A DNA stretch of 50,194 nt from Candidatus Peribacteria bacterium (GTDB taxonomy: Bacteria > Patescibacteriota > Gracilibacteria > Peribacterales > Peribacteraceae): the NCBI GenBank assembly GCA_903854455.1, contig CAINWJ010000010.1:1-50194 (forward strand). The letters are read 5' to 3'. Numbering within the stretch: position 1 is the stretch's first letter; every line of letters begins with the position of its first letter. The translations under genes were made by a program, and so were the position numbers. Shown here in pieces: positions 1-9,004 of this stretch. Under the pieces are notes generated by a model that made no database searches, was not told the origin of the DNA, and saw only the letters and a list, made by a program, of their open reading frames with translations.

Positions 1-1632
1 GACGAGCTCGCGTTTCTGGATCGTGTGTCGCCTGTGATTGGCGGCAAGAAATTATCGATCCCGCCGCCGACACTTTGTCCGGATGCCAGGCAGCAGCGCA
101 GGCTCACGTTCAGGAATGAGAGCACGTTCTACCACCGTGACTGCAGTCGCTGTGGCAAGCACATGATCTCACTCTATCCGGCGGATGCTCCGTGTCCGGT
201 CTACTGTGAGGCATGCTATTGGAATGGCACATGGGATCCCCTCGCATACGGCCGGGTGTTCGATCCGGCACAATCGTTCTTCGGGCAGTTCAATGAGCTC
301 CAGAAGACGGTTCCGCATCTCTACTTCTCCTCATCAGATTGCGAGAATAGCGAGTACTGCAATCATGCTGCGGGAATGAAGGACTGTTACCTCGTCCATG
401 GCTCCATGCATTCGCAGGACAGCTACTACGGAGTCCGGTACTTCCGCTGCCGCGATTGCTCGGACTGCCTCTTCATCAATGACTGCGAGCTCTGCTACGA
501 AGCGGTGAACTGCGACAACTGCTATGACCTGGCGTACGCATTTCACTGTCAGGATTGTCGCAGCAGCCGCTGGATCCGGCACTGTCACGGTTGTGACAAT
601 CTCCTGTTCTGCGTGAACCGCCGTCAGGCGCGGCATCAGATCCTGAACGTGCAGTATTCCGAGGAGGATTTTCAGCGACTCAGGAAGGAGATTCTTTCTT
701 CTCCGGACATATTGGCAATGCACATTGAACGGTACCGGGCACTGCTTCTGGCTTCGCCCGAGCCGTCCCGCATCGCCGATCAGGCTGAACAATCATCAGG
801 AAATTATCTTCGTCAGTGCAAGGATTGCCGATCCTGCTTCGATGTACAGAAGTGCCAGGATGTCACGTATGGGTACGACGTCGCGTCCATGGCTGACAGC
901 CGCGACATCTACTCGGTCTACGGTCCGGGCGAGCTCTGCTACGAGCTGTACTCGGCATCGATTGCCGTTCATCACACACTCTTCAGTCACGACTGCTGGC
1001 CGTGCGAGGATCTTCTGTACTGCGATCACTGCTTCGGCTGCAAGTACTGCTTCGGCTGTCTCGGGCTCCACAAGCATCAGTACTGCATTCTGAACAAGCA
1101 ATTCACGAAGGAGGAGTATGAACGATTGGTGCCGTTGATTGTTGATTCCATGAACAAGTTTGGCGAGTTCGGTGAATTCTTCCCTGCGCAGTGTTCACCG
1201 TTCGCGTACAACGAGACGTCAGCTCAGGAATACTTCCCGATGCCAATGGAAGAAGTGCTGAAGCATGGATGGCGGTGGCGCGATCAGATGGATGAGAAGC
1301 CGAAGGTCGAACGGACGATTCCCGCAACTCAATTGCCTGCATCCATTCAGCAGACGCCGGACGATATTCTCCATTGGGCAGTGGAATGCGAGGTCACGAA
1401 GCGCCCCTACAGGATTATCAAGCGTGAGCTGGAGTTCTACCGGAAAATGCAGATACCCGTGCCGCGCTTCCATCCCGATGAGCGACACAGGCGGCGGATG
1501 GCGATGCGCAATCCGCGCAAACTCTGGGATCGGACATGTGGGAAATGTGGGAAGGGGATCGCGACGACGTATTCGCCTGAGCGGCAGGAAAAGATTTACT
1601 GCGAGGAATGTTATCTGAAGGAGGTATACTGA
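1..1632 (+). CDS. Cys-rich zinc-ribbon/Cys-repeat protein, array paralog P1 (5' end cut by window edge)
   Basis: Frame 1 is open from base 1 (DELAFLDRVSPVIGGKK...) and aligns with residues about 17 onward of the other paralogs, so the ORF-track start at 25 is internal. The C-terminus ...RTCGKCGKGIATTYSPERQEKIYCEECYLKEVY is shared with P2-P8. Confidence 0.85.
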   Translation, partial: DELAFLDRVSPVIGGKKLSIPPPTLCPDARQQRRLTFRNESTFYHRDCSRCGKHMISLYPADAPCPVYCEACYWNGTWDPLAYGRVFDPAQSFFGQFNELQKTVPHLYFSSSDCENSEYCNHAAGMKDCYLVHGSMHSQDSYYGVRYFRCRDCSDCLFINDCELCYEAVNCDNCYDLAYAFHCQDCRSSRWIRHCHGCDNLLFCVNRRQARHQILNVQYSEEDFQRLRKEILSSPDILAMHIERYRALLLASPEPSRIADQAEQSSGNYLRQCKDCRSCFDVQKCQDVTYGYDVASMADSRDIYSVYGPGELCYELYSASIAVHHTLFSHDCWPCEDLLYCDHCFGCKYCFGCLGLHKHQYCILNKQFTKEEYERLVPLIVDSMNKFGEFGEFFPAQCSPFAYNETSAQEYFPMPMEEVLKHGWRWRDQMDEKPKVERTIPATQLPASIQQTPDDILHWAVECEVTKRPYRIIKRELEFYRKMQIPVPRFHPDERHRRRMAMRNPRKLWDRTCGKCGKGIATTYSPERQEKIYCEECYLKEVY

Positions 1633-1638
1633 CCTCCA

Positions 1639-3321
1639 ATGCAGCGATCTTGCCCCCTCTGCTCGGCCCCCTTCCAGATCACGGACGCGGATCTTGCGTT
1701 CTATGAAAAGGTGAGTCCAAGCTTCAAAGGCAAGAAGGAGCTGATCCCGCCGCCGACCTTGTGTCCGGATTGCCGCGTACAGCGGAGAATGGCATGGCGA
1801 AATGATCGGGTGTTCTATCATAGAAAGTGCGATCTCACCGGAACGGACATTCTCTCCATGTACGCTCCGGATGCGCGGTTTCCCGTCTACAAGCCGGAGG
1901 CATGGCATGGGGACGGATGGGATGATCTGGCACACGGCCGGGACTTTGATTTCTCCAGAACGTTCTTCGATCAGTGGGCTGACCTCCGCGACTGCTCGCC
2001 GCACTGGGCTATGGCACTCTCTAGCTGCGAGAACAGCGACTACTGTAACTACTGCACGGATGAAAAGAACTGCTACATGGATATTGCGGCAGAGCAGAAT
2101 GAGAACTGCTACTACGATCATTTTACGAAAACGTCGAAGGACTGCGTTGACAGTAATTTCGCTTACCACTCCACGCTCTGCTACGAGGTTATTCAGTGCT
2201 ACGGCTGCTACGGCTGCCGCTGGTCACAGTACCTGGAAAACTGCAGCGACTGCACGATGTGCTTCGACTGCAAGGGGTGCCGTCACTGCCTTCTCTGCAC
2301 GAACCAGCGCAACAAGGAATACTGCATCATGAATGAGCAAGTGACGAAGGAAGTCTATGAAGCGAGGTTGGAGGAGCTCCGGCTGTCATCGCATCAGGCA
2401 GTTGAACATCTGAAGACAGTGTGGAAGGACCGCCTGCTCAGCCAGGGCATATTTCGGGACATGTACCTCCTAAACTGCGAAGGATGTTCCGGTAACGACA
2501 TCCAGACATCCAAGAACTGCCTCTCGTGCTTCAATGCAGTTGACTGTGAGGACTGCTCGTACCTCTACGATATCCTCAATGCCAAGGACTGCGCGGACAT
2601 GAACTACTCACTCTACGATCCCGAAGCGGACTATGAAGTTATCTCGACGGTCGGCCTCAAGCACTCGGCGTTCTACCTTACCGGACCGTACAACTCCTAC
2701 TGCTTCTACTCCGAAATGCTCAAGAGTTGCAGCCATTGCTTTGGCTGTGTCGCCCTCAAAAAACGGCAGCACTGTATCCTCAACAAGCAGTACACGAAGG
2801 AGGAGTACGAGGAGCTGTTTCCGAGAATCATCCATCACATGCGCAAGGCGGGGGAGTGGGGCGAGTTCTTCCCCGTGGTTCTATCGCCGCACGGGTACAA
2901 CGAGACTGTGGCAATGGATCATTTCCCACTGACGAAGAGCCAGGCTAAGGAGCGTGGTTGGCGCTGGAAAGACCGCACCGAGGAGACGGCGAAGATAACG
3001 AAGATCATCCCAGCCACGCAATTACCGGATGCCATCCAGGATATTCCAGACGACATTCTCCATTGGGCCATCAACTGTGAGGTGACCGGAAAGCCCTACA
3101 AGATCATCAAGCAGGAACTTGAGTACTATCGACGCATGCAGATTCCGGTTCCCCGTCTCCATCCCGATGAACGACATCGACGAAGGGTGGTTCTCAGTAA
3201 TCCACGCAAGCTCTGGAATCGCACATGCGGGAAATGTCAGAGGCCGATTACGACCAGTTATTCATCGGAGAGACCGGAAAAAGTATTATGCGAGGCGTGC
3301 TATCTGAAGGAAGTGTACTGA
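1639..3321 (+). CDS. Cys-rich zinc-ribbon/Cys-repeat protein, array paralog P2
   Basis: 560-aa ORF. N-terminus is CPLCSAPFQITDADLAFYEKVSP..KKELIPPPTLCPDCRVQRR. There are two Cys-repeat blocks, each ending in a ..YCI(L/M)N.Q.TKE.YE motif. The C-terminal PYKIIKQELEYYRRMQIPVPRLHPDERHRRR..CGKC..CEACY is collinear with all the other paralogs. Confidence 0.9.
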   Translation: MQRSCPLCSAPFQITDADLAFYEKVSPSFKGKKELIPPPTLCPDCRVQRRMAWRNDRVFYHRKCDLTGTDILSMYAPDARFPVYKPEAWHGDGWDDLAHGRDFDFSRTFFDQWADLRDCSPHWAMALSSCENSDYCNYCTDEKNCYMDIAAEQNENCYYDHFTKTSKDCVDSNFAYHSTLCYEVIQCYGCYGCRWSQYLENCSDCTMCFDCKGCRHCLLCTNQRNKEYCIMNEQVTKEVYEARLEELRLSSHQAVEHLKTVWKDRLLSQGIFRDMYLLNCEGCSGNDIQTSKNCLSCFNAVDCEDCSYLYDILNAKDCADMNYSLYDPEADYEVISTVGLKHSAFYLTGPYNSYCFYSEMLKSCSHCFGCVALKKRQHCILNKQYTKEEYEELFPRIIHHMRKAGEWGEFFPVVLSPHGYNETVAMDHFPLTKSQAKERGWRWKDRTEETAKITKIIPATQLPDAIQDIPDDILHWAINCEVTGKPYKIIKQELEYYRRMQIPVPRLHPDERHRRRVVLSNPRKLWNRTCGKCQRPITTSYSSERPEKVLCEACYLKEVY

Positions 3322-3360
3322 AGAGAAAGGCTGTAGCGCGTGCTTATAGCGCGCGGTCAC

Positions 3361-3406
3361 GCGAGCTTCGAGCTCGCGATAGTGCTTGGCGGACGCAACG
3401 TCCGCC
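3361..3406 (+). terminator. two consecutive GC-rich hairpins downstream of P2 (possible terminator or REP-like, no T-tract)
   Basis: GCGAGCT-tcg-AGCTCGC at 3361-3377 and GGCGGACG-caa-CGTCCGCC at 3388-3406, read directly from the sequence. Confidence 0.3.
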
Positions 3407-3443
3407 CGACCGCAGGCCCGAGGCCAGCGCTACGCACTTGTGC

Positions 3444-3449
3444 TACAAT
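3444..3449 (+). promoter_or_regulatory. -10-like TACAAT 8 nt upstream of the trmB-like start (possible leaderless transcript)
   Basis: tgcTACAATcctccactATG. No purine-rich SD between the box and the ATG at 3458. Confidence 0.3.
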
Positions 3450-3457
3450 CCTCCACT

Positions 3458-4249
3458 ATGTTCCGCCGTCTCTCCGAGCTCCTCAGCCTGGCAGGTCTCA
3501 GTGACGATGAAGCACGGTTGTACCTACTGCTCCTGAAATCGGGCAATGCGAGTGCGCCTGAGCTTCAGGCGGCATCTTCAATGAATGTGATGACGGTCTA
3601 CCGCACACTCAAGCGTCTGGAAGATCGTGGTTTGCTCGCAGCATCACCGGTCAATCGCAAAGAGAAGATGTACAAGGCATTGTCTCTGAATGCATTGGTA
3701 AAGAAATTGGAATCGGATGAACGGAAGATTCGGAAATTGCAGGCGAATCTCCGGAAGATGACGCCGTTCCTCAGATATCTCCCAACGGAATCCGAGAAGA
3801 TTTCAGATGAGGATCCGGTTGAATTGCGCGAAGGGCTGGATGCGTTCCGCGAGGAGTATTTGAAGTTGCCCGATCTCTGTACATCGGAATTCCAGTGCCT
3901 GGGGTCCATGCAGAACTATTGGAGAATCGCCGGTATGTCAGACGAGGCACCGGAAGAGATAGGATTCAGGAACAAGCGCTTCAGAAGCGGCATCTTCTCG
4001 TTAACACTCAACACGCCGTCTCCTGAGGCTGAGGTCTTCGCCAAGCGTGATTCGCGTGAGCTTCGGCGGACCAGGATTACCGCTGCATTGCCTATCAAGC
4101 GCGATTACATGGCGTTCACCGACGACCGTGTTTGTCATTTCCTTTGTGATCCTGAGAATCCTCAAGTGATCATCTTCCGTCAGCCGGAGCTTCTGGCGAT
4201 GTACCGTCGACAGTTCCGTTCGATCTGGGATGCGGGAGTGGTGGCGTAG
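3458..4249 (+). CDS. TrmB-family winged-HTH transcriptional regulator (copy 1)
   Basis: MFRRLSELLSLAGLSDDEARLYLLLLKSGNASAPELQAASSMNVMTVYRTLKRLEDRGLL matches the TrmB N-terminal wHTH pattern. I use the ATG at 3458 rather than the ORF-track start at 3386, because the upstream part crosses the hairpin region. Confidence 0.8.
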   Translation: MFRRLSELLSLAGLSDDEARLYLLLLKSGNASAPELQAASSMNVMTVYRTLKRLEDRGLLAASPVNRKEKMYKALSLNALVKKLESDERKIRKLQANLRKMTPFLRYLPTESEKISDEDPVELREGLDAFREEYLKLPDLCTSEFQCLGSMQNYWRIAGMSDEAPEEIGFRNKRFRSGIFSLTLNTPSPEAEVFAKRDSRELRRTRITAALPIKRDYMAFTDDRVCHFLCDPENPQVIIFRQPELLAMYRRQFRSIWDAGVVA

Positions 4250-4333
4250 GTATCTTGGTTTCCGTTCGATTCGTTGGTTCAAATATTTCCTTGATCGTGG
4301 TTGCCTGCAATTCCTTTCCACCCTCTCCTTAGT

Positions 4334-4368
4334 CCTCTCCCTCCCGTCGCGACTCCGGTAGGGAGAGG
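4334..4368. repeat. C-rich/G-rich hairpin element (CCTCTCCCT...AGGGAGAGG), intergenic copy
   Basis: ccaccctctccttagtCCTCTCCCTcccgtcgcgactccggtAGGGAGAGGaatg. Same family as 35616-35654, 36674-36732, 37921-37965 and 50176-50194. Confidence 0.55.
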
Positions 4369-4487
4369 AATGCCTCATTCGGGCATTATTATCACATCAT
4401 CCTGAGATAATTCATTTCCCTCTTTTGGCTTGAGGCTAAGCTTTTCAATTTTTCTAGGAGGCTAGTTGCCTCGCTCTCTCAAAAGCC

Positions 4488-4493
4488 TACAAT
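4488..4493 (+). promoter_or_regulatory. -10-like TACAAT 6 nt upstream of the GTG start of P3
   Basis: ccTACAATtttgtcGTGccctca. No SD in between. Confidence 0.25.
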
Positions 4494-4499
4494 TTTGTC

Positions 4500-6182
4500 G
4501 TGCCCTCATGTGCTCTCTGCCAATCGGCATTCGAAGTTTCCAAGGAGGATCTCGCTTTCCTCGAAAAAATCTCTCCTGATTTCGCAGGCAAGAAGGAGCT
4601 CATCCCGCCTCCGATCTTTTGCCCCGACTGCCGTCAGCAGCGTCGGCTCCTCTGGCGCAATGAATATTGTTTGTATCGACGGACGTGTGATGGTTGCAAG
4701 AAATCGATCATCTCCCAGTACTCCACAGACAAGCCGTTCACCGTGTATTGCCACGAGTGCTGGTGGTCCGACAGGTGGGATCCTCTGAGTCACGGACAAC
4801 CGTTCGATTTCAATCGAACATTTTTTGATCAATTCCGGGCATTGCAACTGAAGGTTCCCAGGATGGCGCTCAATGCCATCTCCAACGAGAACTCGGAGTA
4901 TGTGCACCTCTCCGGATACTGCAAGAACTGCTACCTCCTCTTCGCTGCGGAGTTCGATGAAGACTGTCTCTACGGCAACCAAGTCATCAAATCTCTCGGC
5001 TGCATGGACGCGCTCGATTGCTTCGAGTCCCGGTACTGTTACGAGGTCACGGACGTCGAAAAGTCTCACGATCTCCTGTTTTCCAGCAACTGCAGCAACT
5101 GCTCGGGGTCCATGTTCCTCTTCGACTGCAAAGGATGTTCGGACTGCCTGCTCTCGACGAATCTCCGCAAGAAGACGAACGTCATCCGAAACAAGCAGTG
5201 CAGCCCGGAGGAATTCAGGCGCGAGCGGGAAGCGTTGATGATGCGGATTGCGAAGGGGGAGTTATCGCAGATCAAGGACGAATTTAAGCAGCTGAAGGCG
5301 CAGAGTATTCACAGGTCGCAGGAAGCCGTGAACTGTGAAGCCTCGACTGGCGATTACCTCAAGAACTGCAAGAACGTGCGTCACTGTTTCGATCTCTCCT
5401 ACGGTGAAGACAGTGCATTCGTTTACACCGGTTTCAAGGTGAAGGATCTGATGGACGTGTGCCACACGACGGAGGCGGAGCTGGGGTATGAGGGGATCAG
5501 CTTCGGCTATGGATCGTACAATGCCATCTGCACGCATGGCTCCTGGAGCGGCAAGAACCTCCTCTACTGCGATACGGCACAGGCCGGCTGCTCCGATCTC
5601 TTCGGCTGCGTGATGATGAAGCAGCAGAAGCACTGCATTCTGAATAAGCAGTATTCCAGGGAGGAGTACGAGCAGCTTGTTGCGAAGATTATTACTCACA
5701 TGCGCGCCTCCGGTGAATTCGGATTATTCTTTGCGCCAGAATGTGCGCCGTTTGGGTACAACGAGACGACGGCGAATATTTATTTTCCAATGACGCGGGA
5801 AGCAGCGGTTGCCAAAGGATTCCCCTGGAAAGATGGCGAGGAGGAGATGCCGGCGGTAGCCAAGGTGATCAACGCCGTCGATCTTCCTTCAGACATTCGC
5901 GAAGTCCCGGACGACATCCTCGGCTGGGCCGTCACCTGCGAAGCGACCAAGCGACCATTTAGAGTCGTCAAGCAGGAGCTGCAGTTCTACCGTGACCATG
6001 GTTTGCCCATTCCACACTTTCATCCTGACGAGCGGCACCGGCGGAGGATGGCGCTTAGGAATCCGCGGAAGGTGTGGTCACGGACATGCATGAAGTGTCA
6101 GAAGGACATCGAAACAACCTATTCTCCAGAGAGGAAGGAGAAGGTGTTTTGTGAGGAGTGCTATCTGGGGGAAGTGTATTGA
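4500..6182 (+). CDS. Cys-rich zinc-ribbon/Cys-repeat protein, array paralog P3 (GTG start)
   Basis: (M)PSCALCQSAFEVSKEDLAFLEKISPDFAGKKELIPPPIFCPDCRQQRR... is collinear with the family. The N-terminal module keeps all four distal Cys (RTCDGCKK...VYCHECWW). Confidence 0.9.
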   Translation: MPSCALCQSAFEVSKEDLAFLEKISPDFAGKKELIPPPIFCPDCRQQRRLLWRNEYCLYRRTCDGCKKSIISQYSTDKPFTVYCHECWWSDRWDPLSHGQPFDFNRTFFDQFRALQLKVPRMALNAISNENSEYVHLSGYCKNCYLLFAAEFDEDCLYGNQVIKSLGCMDALDCFESRYCYEVTDVEKSHDLLFSSNCSNCSGSMFLFDCKGCSDCLLSTNLRKKTNVIRNKQCSPEEFRREREALMMRIAKGELSQIKDEFKQLKAQSIHRSQEAVNCEASTGDYLKNCKNVRHCFDLSYGEDSAFVYTGFKVKDLMDVCHTTEAELGYEGISFGYGSYNAICTHGSWSGKNLLYCDTAQAGCSDLFGCVMMKQQKHCILNKQYSREEYEQLVAKIITHMRASGEFGLFFAPECAPFGYNETTANIYFPMTREAAVAKGFPWKDGEEEMPAVAKVINAVDLPSDIREVPDDILGWAVTCEATKRPFRVVKQELQFYRDHGLPIPHFHPDERHRRRMALRNPRKVWSRTCMKCQKDIETTYSPERKEKVFCEECYLGEVY

Positions 6183-6271
6183 TCAGGCTGCGGATAAGGC
6201 GTTTGCATAAATACATAAATAAGTATACAATATAACTTGATATAAACAGCATATTTCAGCGCTTACTTCCT

Positions 6272-7558
6272 ATGGTTACTATCAAAAAAATAAATAAGAA
6301 GCACGCACGGCATGTCATCGAGCAATCGATGGCTGCTTTGGGTTTGGAGATGAACATGAAAACTGATCCGGCGATTATTGAGAGTCTCCTTCGCGAGATG
6401 AGGCTTGATGACTTTAAAACAGACTTTGCTCCAATGAAGAAATTTTTCGCAGACGCTCTTGCTAAACCGCAAAGCTTACGACCGATGTTTGAAAGTATTA
6501 AGCAGGGGATCGTGAATAAGCATCCTGCAATTGTTGAGTTTGCTGAACTGGCTCTGTCGAAGAAATGGTTTGCATCTTCTGCTCATATTCAGAGAGCGGC
6601 TCATGTCGCTTATGTTCTCGAGGCGATGACTGCAGCGATGTGCAATAGCCACAAGTTCTTCCTTGAAGCTGAAGATTATTTACGTGCGCAAGAAGTGATG
6701 TGTGGCTTAGATCATGAGCACTTATTACGTTCATTCTTGAGCATGCAACGCGTGACTCATAGCGTTTTTGAAACCATGAAGGCCCTATCTCTTGACCCTG
6801 CAATGATTATTCCGAGAACCCGTTGCGGTTTGGAGAATGCAAGAATAGGCAAGGTGCAGCTCCGTGAACTCAGCAGGAAAGAAAAGCTTAATTTTGTTGA
6901 GCGCAAGCTATTATCGACTGCCGAAAAAAATGACCTTGAACATTCACTTAAGTTAGTTGGTATCAATTTGTTTGAGGCAGGTATCACCGAATACAAAAAA
7001 GGATTTCAGGATAATGCCTTTTGTGCACATGCTCTAAATGAAGTCATCCAGAAAACTCCTCCCGCTGTTCTATTTAAAGCTCGTCATATCATACCTCTTT
7101 ACTCTTCGCAGTCTTTCTATGAGACTCTCTGCACGAGCGATAATCATTTTCCCGTGTTCGGTTTTAGTCAGGATTGGATGAGTGTGTACGTCACTTGGAA
7201 TTTAGCATTTGTGTTGGGCGATCTTGATGAATTGGATTTACTCATTCCGAAATTACTTATTCCGTCAGTTCTCAATGCAAAAAGTGAGCATTTTCTCGGT
7301 GCAAGAGGCATTGCTCTTTGGCTCTCCATTAACAATTTCCTATTCAGATTGAGGGATCATGCAGGCACGGTTTCAGGACCGGAGAACAAACAAGAGATGG
7401 CAAATGCTTGGGGTGCAATTAACAAAAAATATGCCACCGCCTTTATGCAAAATGAGACACATGAAACACGACAGCATTTCTTAAGTGAATTTCACCACTT
7501 CTTCTCCTTTCCCGTTTTCCATTTTTTAAAACTTCTGGGCGATTTCGCAATTCGTTGA
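6272..7558 (+). CDS. hypothetical protein (428 aa) in an AT-rich island, no motif recognised
   Basis: Long ORF in a stretch that is visibly more AT-rich than the flanks. No antisense competitor of similar length. No family recognised by eye. Confidence 0.6.
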   Translation: MVTIKKINKKHARHVIEQSMAALGLEMNMKTDPAIIESLLREMRLDDFKTDFAPMKKFFADALAKPQSLRPMFESIKQGIVNKHPAIVEFAELALSKKWFASSAHIQRAAHVAYVLEAMTAAMCNSHKFFLEAEDYLRAQEVMCGLDHEHLLRSFLSMQRVTHSVFETMKALSLDPAMIIPRTRCGLENARIGKVQLRELSRKEKLNFVERKLLSTAEKNDLEHSLKLVGINLFEAGITEYKKGFQDNAFCAHALNEVIQKTPPAVLFKARHIIPLYSSQSFYETLCTSDNHFPVFGFSQDWMSVYVTWNLAFVLGDLDELDLLIPKLLIPSVLNAKSEHFLGARGIALWLSINNFLFRLRDHAGTVSGPENKQEMANAWGAINKKYATAFMQNETHETRQHFLSEFHHFFSFPVFHFLKLLGDFAIR

Positions 7559-7573
7559 ACAATATTTTTCCGT

Positions 7574-7975
7574 TCAGCGGAATTTATCATACGGGAAGAA
7601 TTTTTTTTCATGCTCTTCTCCAAGAACGTGCGTTGAATGCTTAATTGCACAGGAGTAAACCTCCGTTTGATTGGTAACAGCTTTTGTCCATGCGGTGAGT
7701 GCGTTGCCGTATCCGCAGTACACACATGAAGCTTTTTGCCATATTGTTAGCTTATGTAGATCCCAACGATCTAAAACCCAATAATCTTTAAACCGAATTT
7801 TAGGAATGTCGTAGATAGAAAAATAAATCAATTGATAGAGGTAAAAGTGCAGATGAATGATGGGTGCGAGAAGCAGCAAACTCCAAATAGCAATGACGCC
7901 GACAAATTGGAGAAATATATTCCTCTTATGGAGCGTTTTGTGACGTGCCAAGACGACGAAGCGTTCGTACAGCAT
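7574..7975 (-). CDS. small hypothetical membrane protein with a C-terminal Cys/His motif
   Basis: 133-aa ORF with a hydrophobic N-terminal half (FLQFVGVIAIWSLLLLAPIIHLHFYLYQLIYFSIY) followed by CVYCGYGNAL...YSCAIKH. It lies in the same AT-rich island, convergent with 6272-7558. Confidence 0.5.
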   Translation of the reverse strand: MLYERFVVLARHKTLHKRNIFLQFVGVIAIWSLLLLAPIIHLHFYLYQLIYFSIYDIPKIRFKDYWVLDRWDLHKLTIWQKASCVYCGYGNALTAWTKAVTNQTEVYSCAIKHSTHVLGEEHEKKFFPYDKFR

Positions 7976-8033
7976 CGTAATATAGTAGCAGAAATCCTGA
8001 TTTATCTCAAGCGTTCTGGTCTAGCCGGAGCCA

Positions 8034-8825
8034 TTACTTCGCCACGAACGCTGTCGCACCCAGCCACGCCAGATCAAACACCGCCTTCATCGTCCGTGCG
8101 AAGGTTGGACTCTCGACGATCAGGCCGAGGAGTTCGTCACGCTTGAGCGAGACGACGCCGACGGAGTTGCCGAAGATCAGAATTTCATTCTCGAAGAGGA
8201 ACTGATTGCGGTTTACGAGGAGGATCTCGATGAGGTTCGGGTCGAAATCTTTCGGCAGGAATGGGTCTAAGACATGCACAGTTTCTACTGTTGTCGGCGA
8301 CAGATAGCGGCTTTTGATGCCTCGGCGCAGACGTTCGTGCGTGTAGGTCCGGAAGAAGTCCGGAAAGAAATCCGTGACGGCCTTGAGGTCGGTGTAGCCG
8401 AGGATTTCCAGTTTCTGGCTTGGCTGCTTGGTTGTCTTCTTCGCCGCTGCGATGCCGAGTGATTCCTGGAATACGCGCTCTACTCCATCACGTCCTTCGT
8501 AGAAGCGGATCTTCGGTTTGAATCCCAGTGCAGAGACGAGTGTCTTCAGTTCGGGCAGCAATCCTTTGGCGAGGTTCACTCTCTCTTCAGCCAGTTTCAG
8601 GAACTGCTCCGGCGGCTCCGGCGCGAAGCACTTCACGCCGCCTTTGTCGTACTGGCTGAGCAGACGCTTCCGCTGGAGATTGCTGAGCGTGTGGTAGCAC
8701 CCGACGCGTTGGACGTTCGCCTTCCTTGCAATATTGGATACCGGACCTCCACCGATCTCCAGACAGGCGAGGTAGACGCGGGCTTCTTCTTCGGAAAGGC
8801 CGAGTTTGGTTAAATCAGTGAGCAT
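8034..8825 (-). CDS. TrmB-family winged-HTH transcriptional regulator (copy 2)
   Basis: MLTDLTKLGLSEEEARVYLACLEIGGGPVSNIARKANVQRVGCYHTLSNLQRKRLL. Divergent from P4. Confidence 0.8.
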   Translation of the reverse strand: MLTDLTKLGLSEEEARVYLACLEIGGGPVSNIARKANVQRVGCYHTLSNLQRKRLLSQYDKGGVKCFAPEPPEQFLKLAEERVNLAKGLLPELKTLVSALGFKPKIRFYEGRDGVERVFQESLGIAAAKKTTKQPSQKLEILGYTDLKAVTDFFPDFFRTYTHERLRRGIKSRYLSPTTVETVHVLDPFLPKDFDPNLIEILLVNRNQFLFENEILIFGNSVGVVSLKRDELLGLIVESPTFARTMKAVFDLAWLGATAFVAK

Positions 8826-8833
8826 GTGGATCT

Positions 8834-8839
8834 ATTTTA
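8834..8839 (-). promoter_or_regulatory. -10-like TAAAAT 8 nt upstream of the trmB-like copy 2 start
   Basis: The minus strand reads gagTAAAATagatccacATG. Confidence 0.25.
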
Positions 8840-9004
8840 CTCTATTTGTAAAATCTTTTCTACAGAAAATAGAATCAGTATTTTGGCTTAGAATAAATGA
8901 TAAATCATCAATAACTAATTTGCTGTTGGACGGATTTTCCATATCGGAGGACAATTGTCTCGTACAAACGAAAAGGCAGAAGCCACATCTTTCCCCCTAT
9001 TTTT

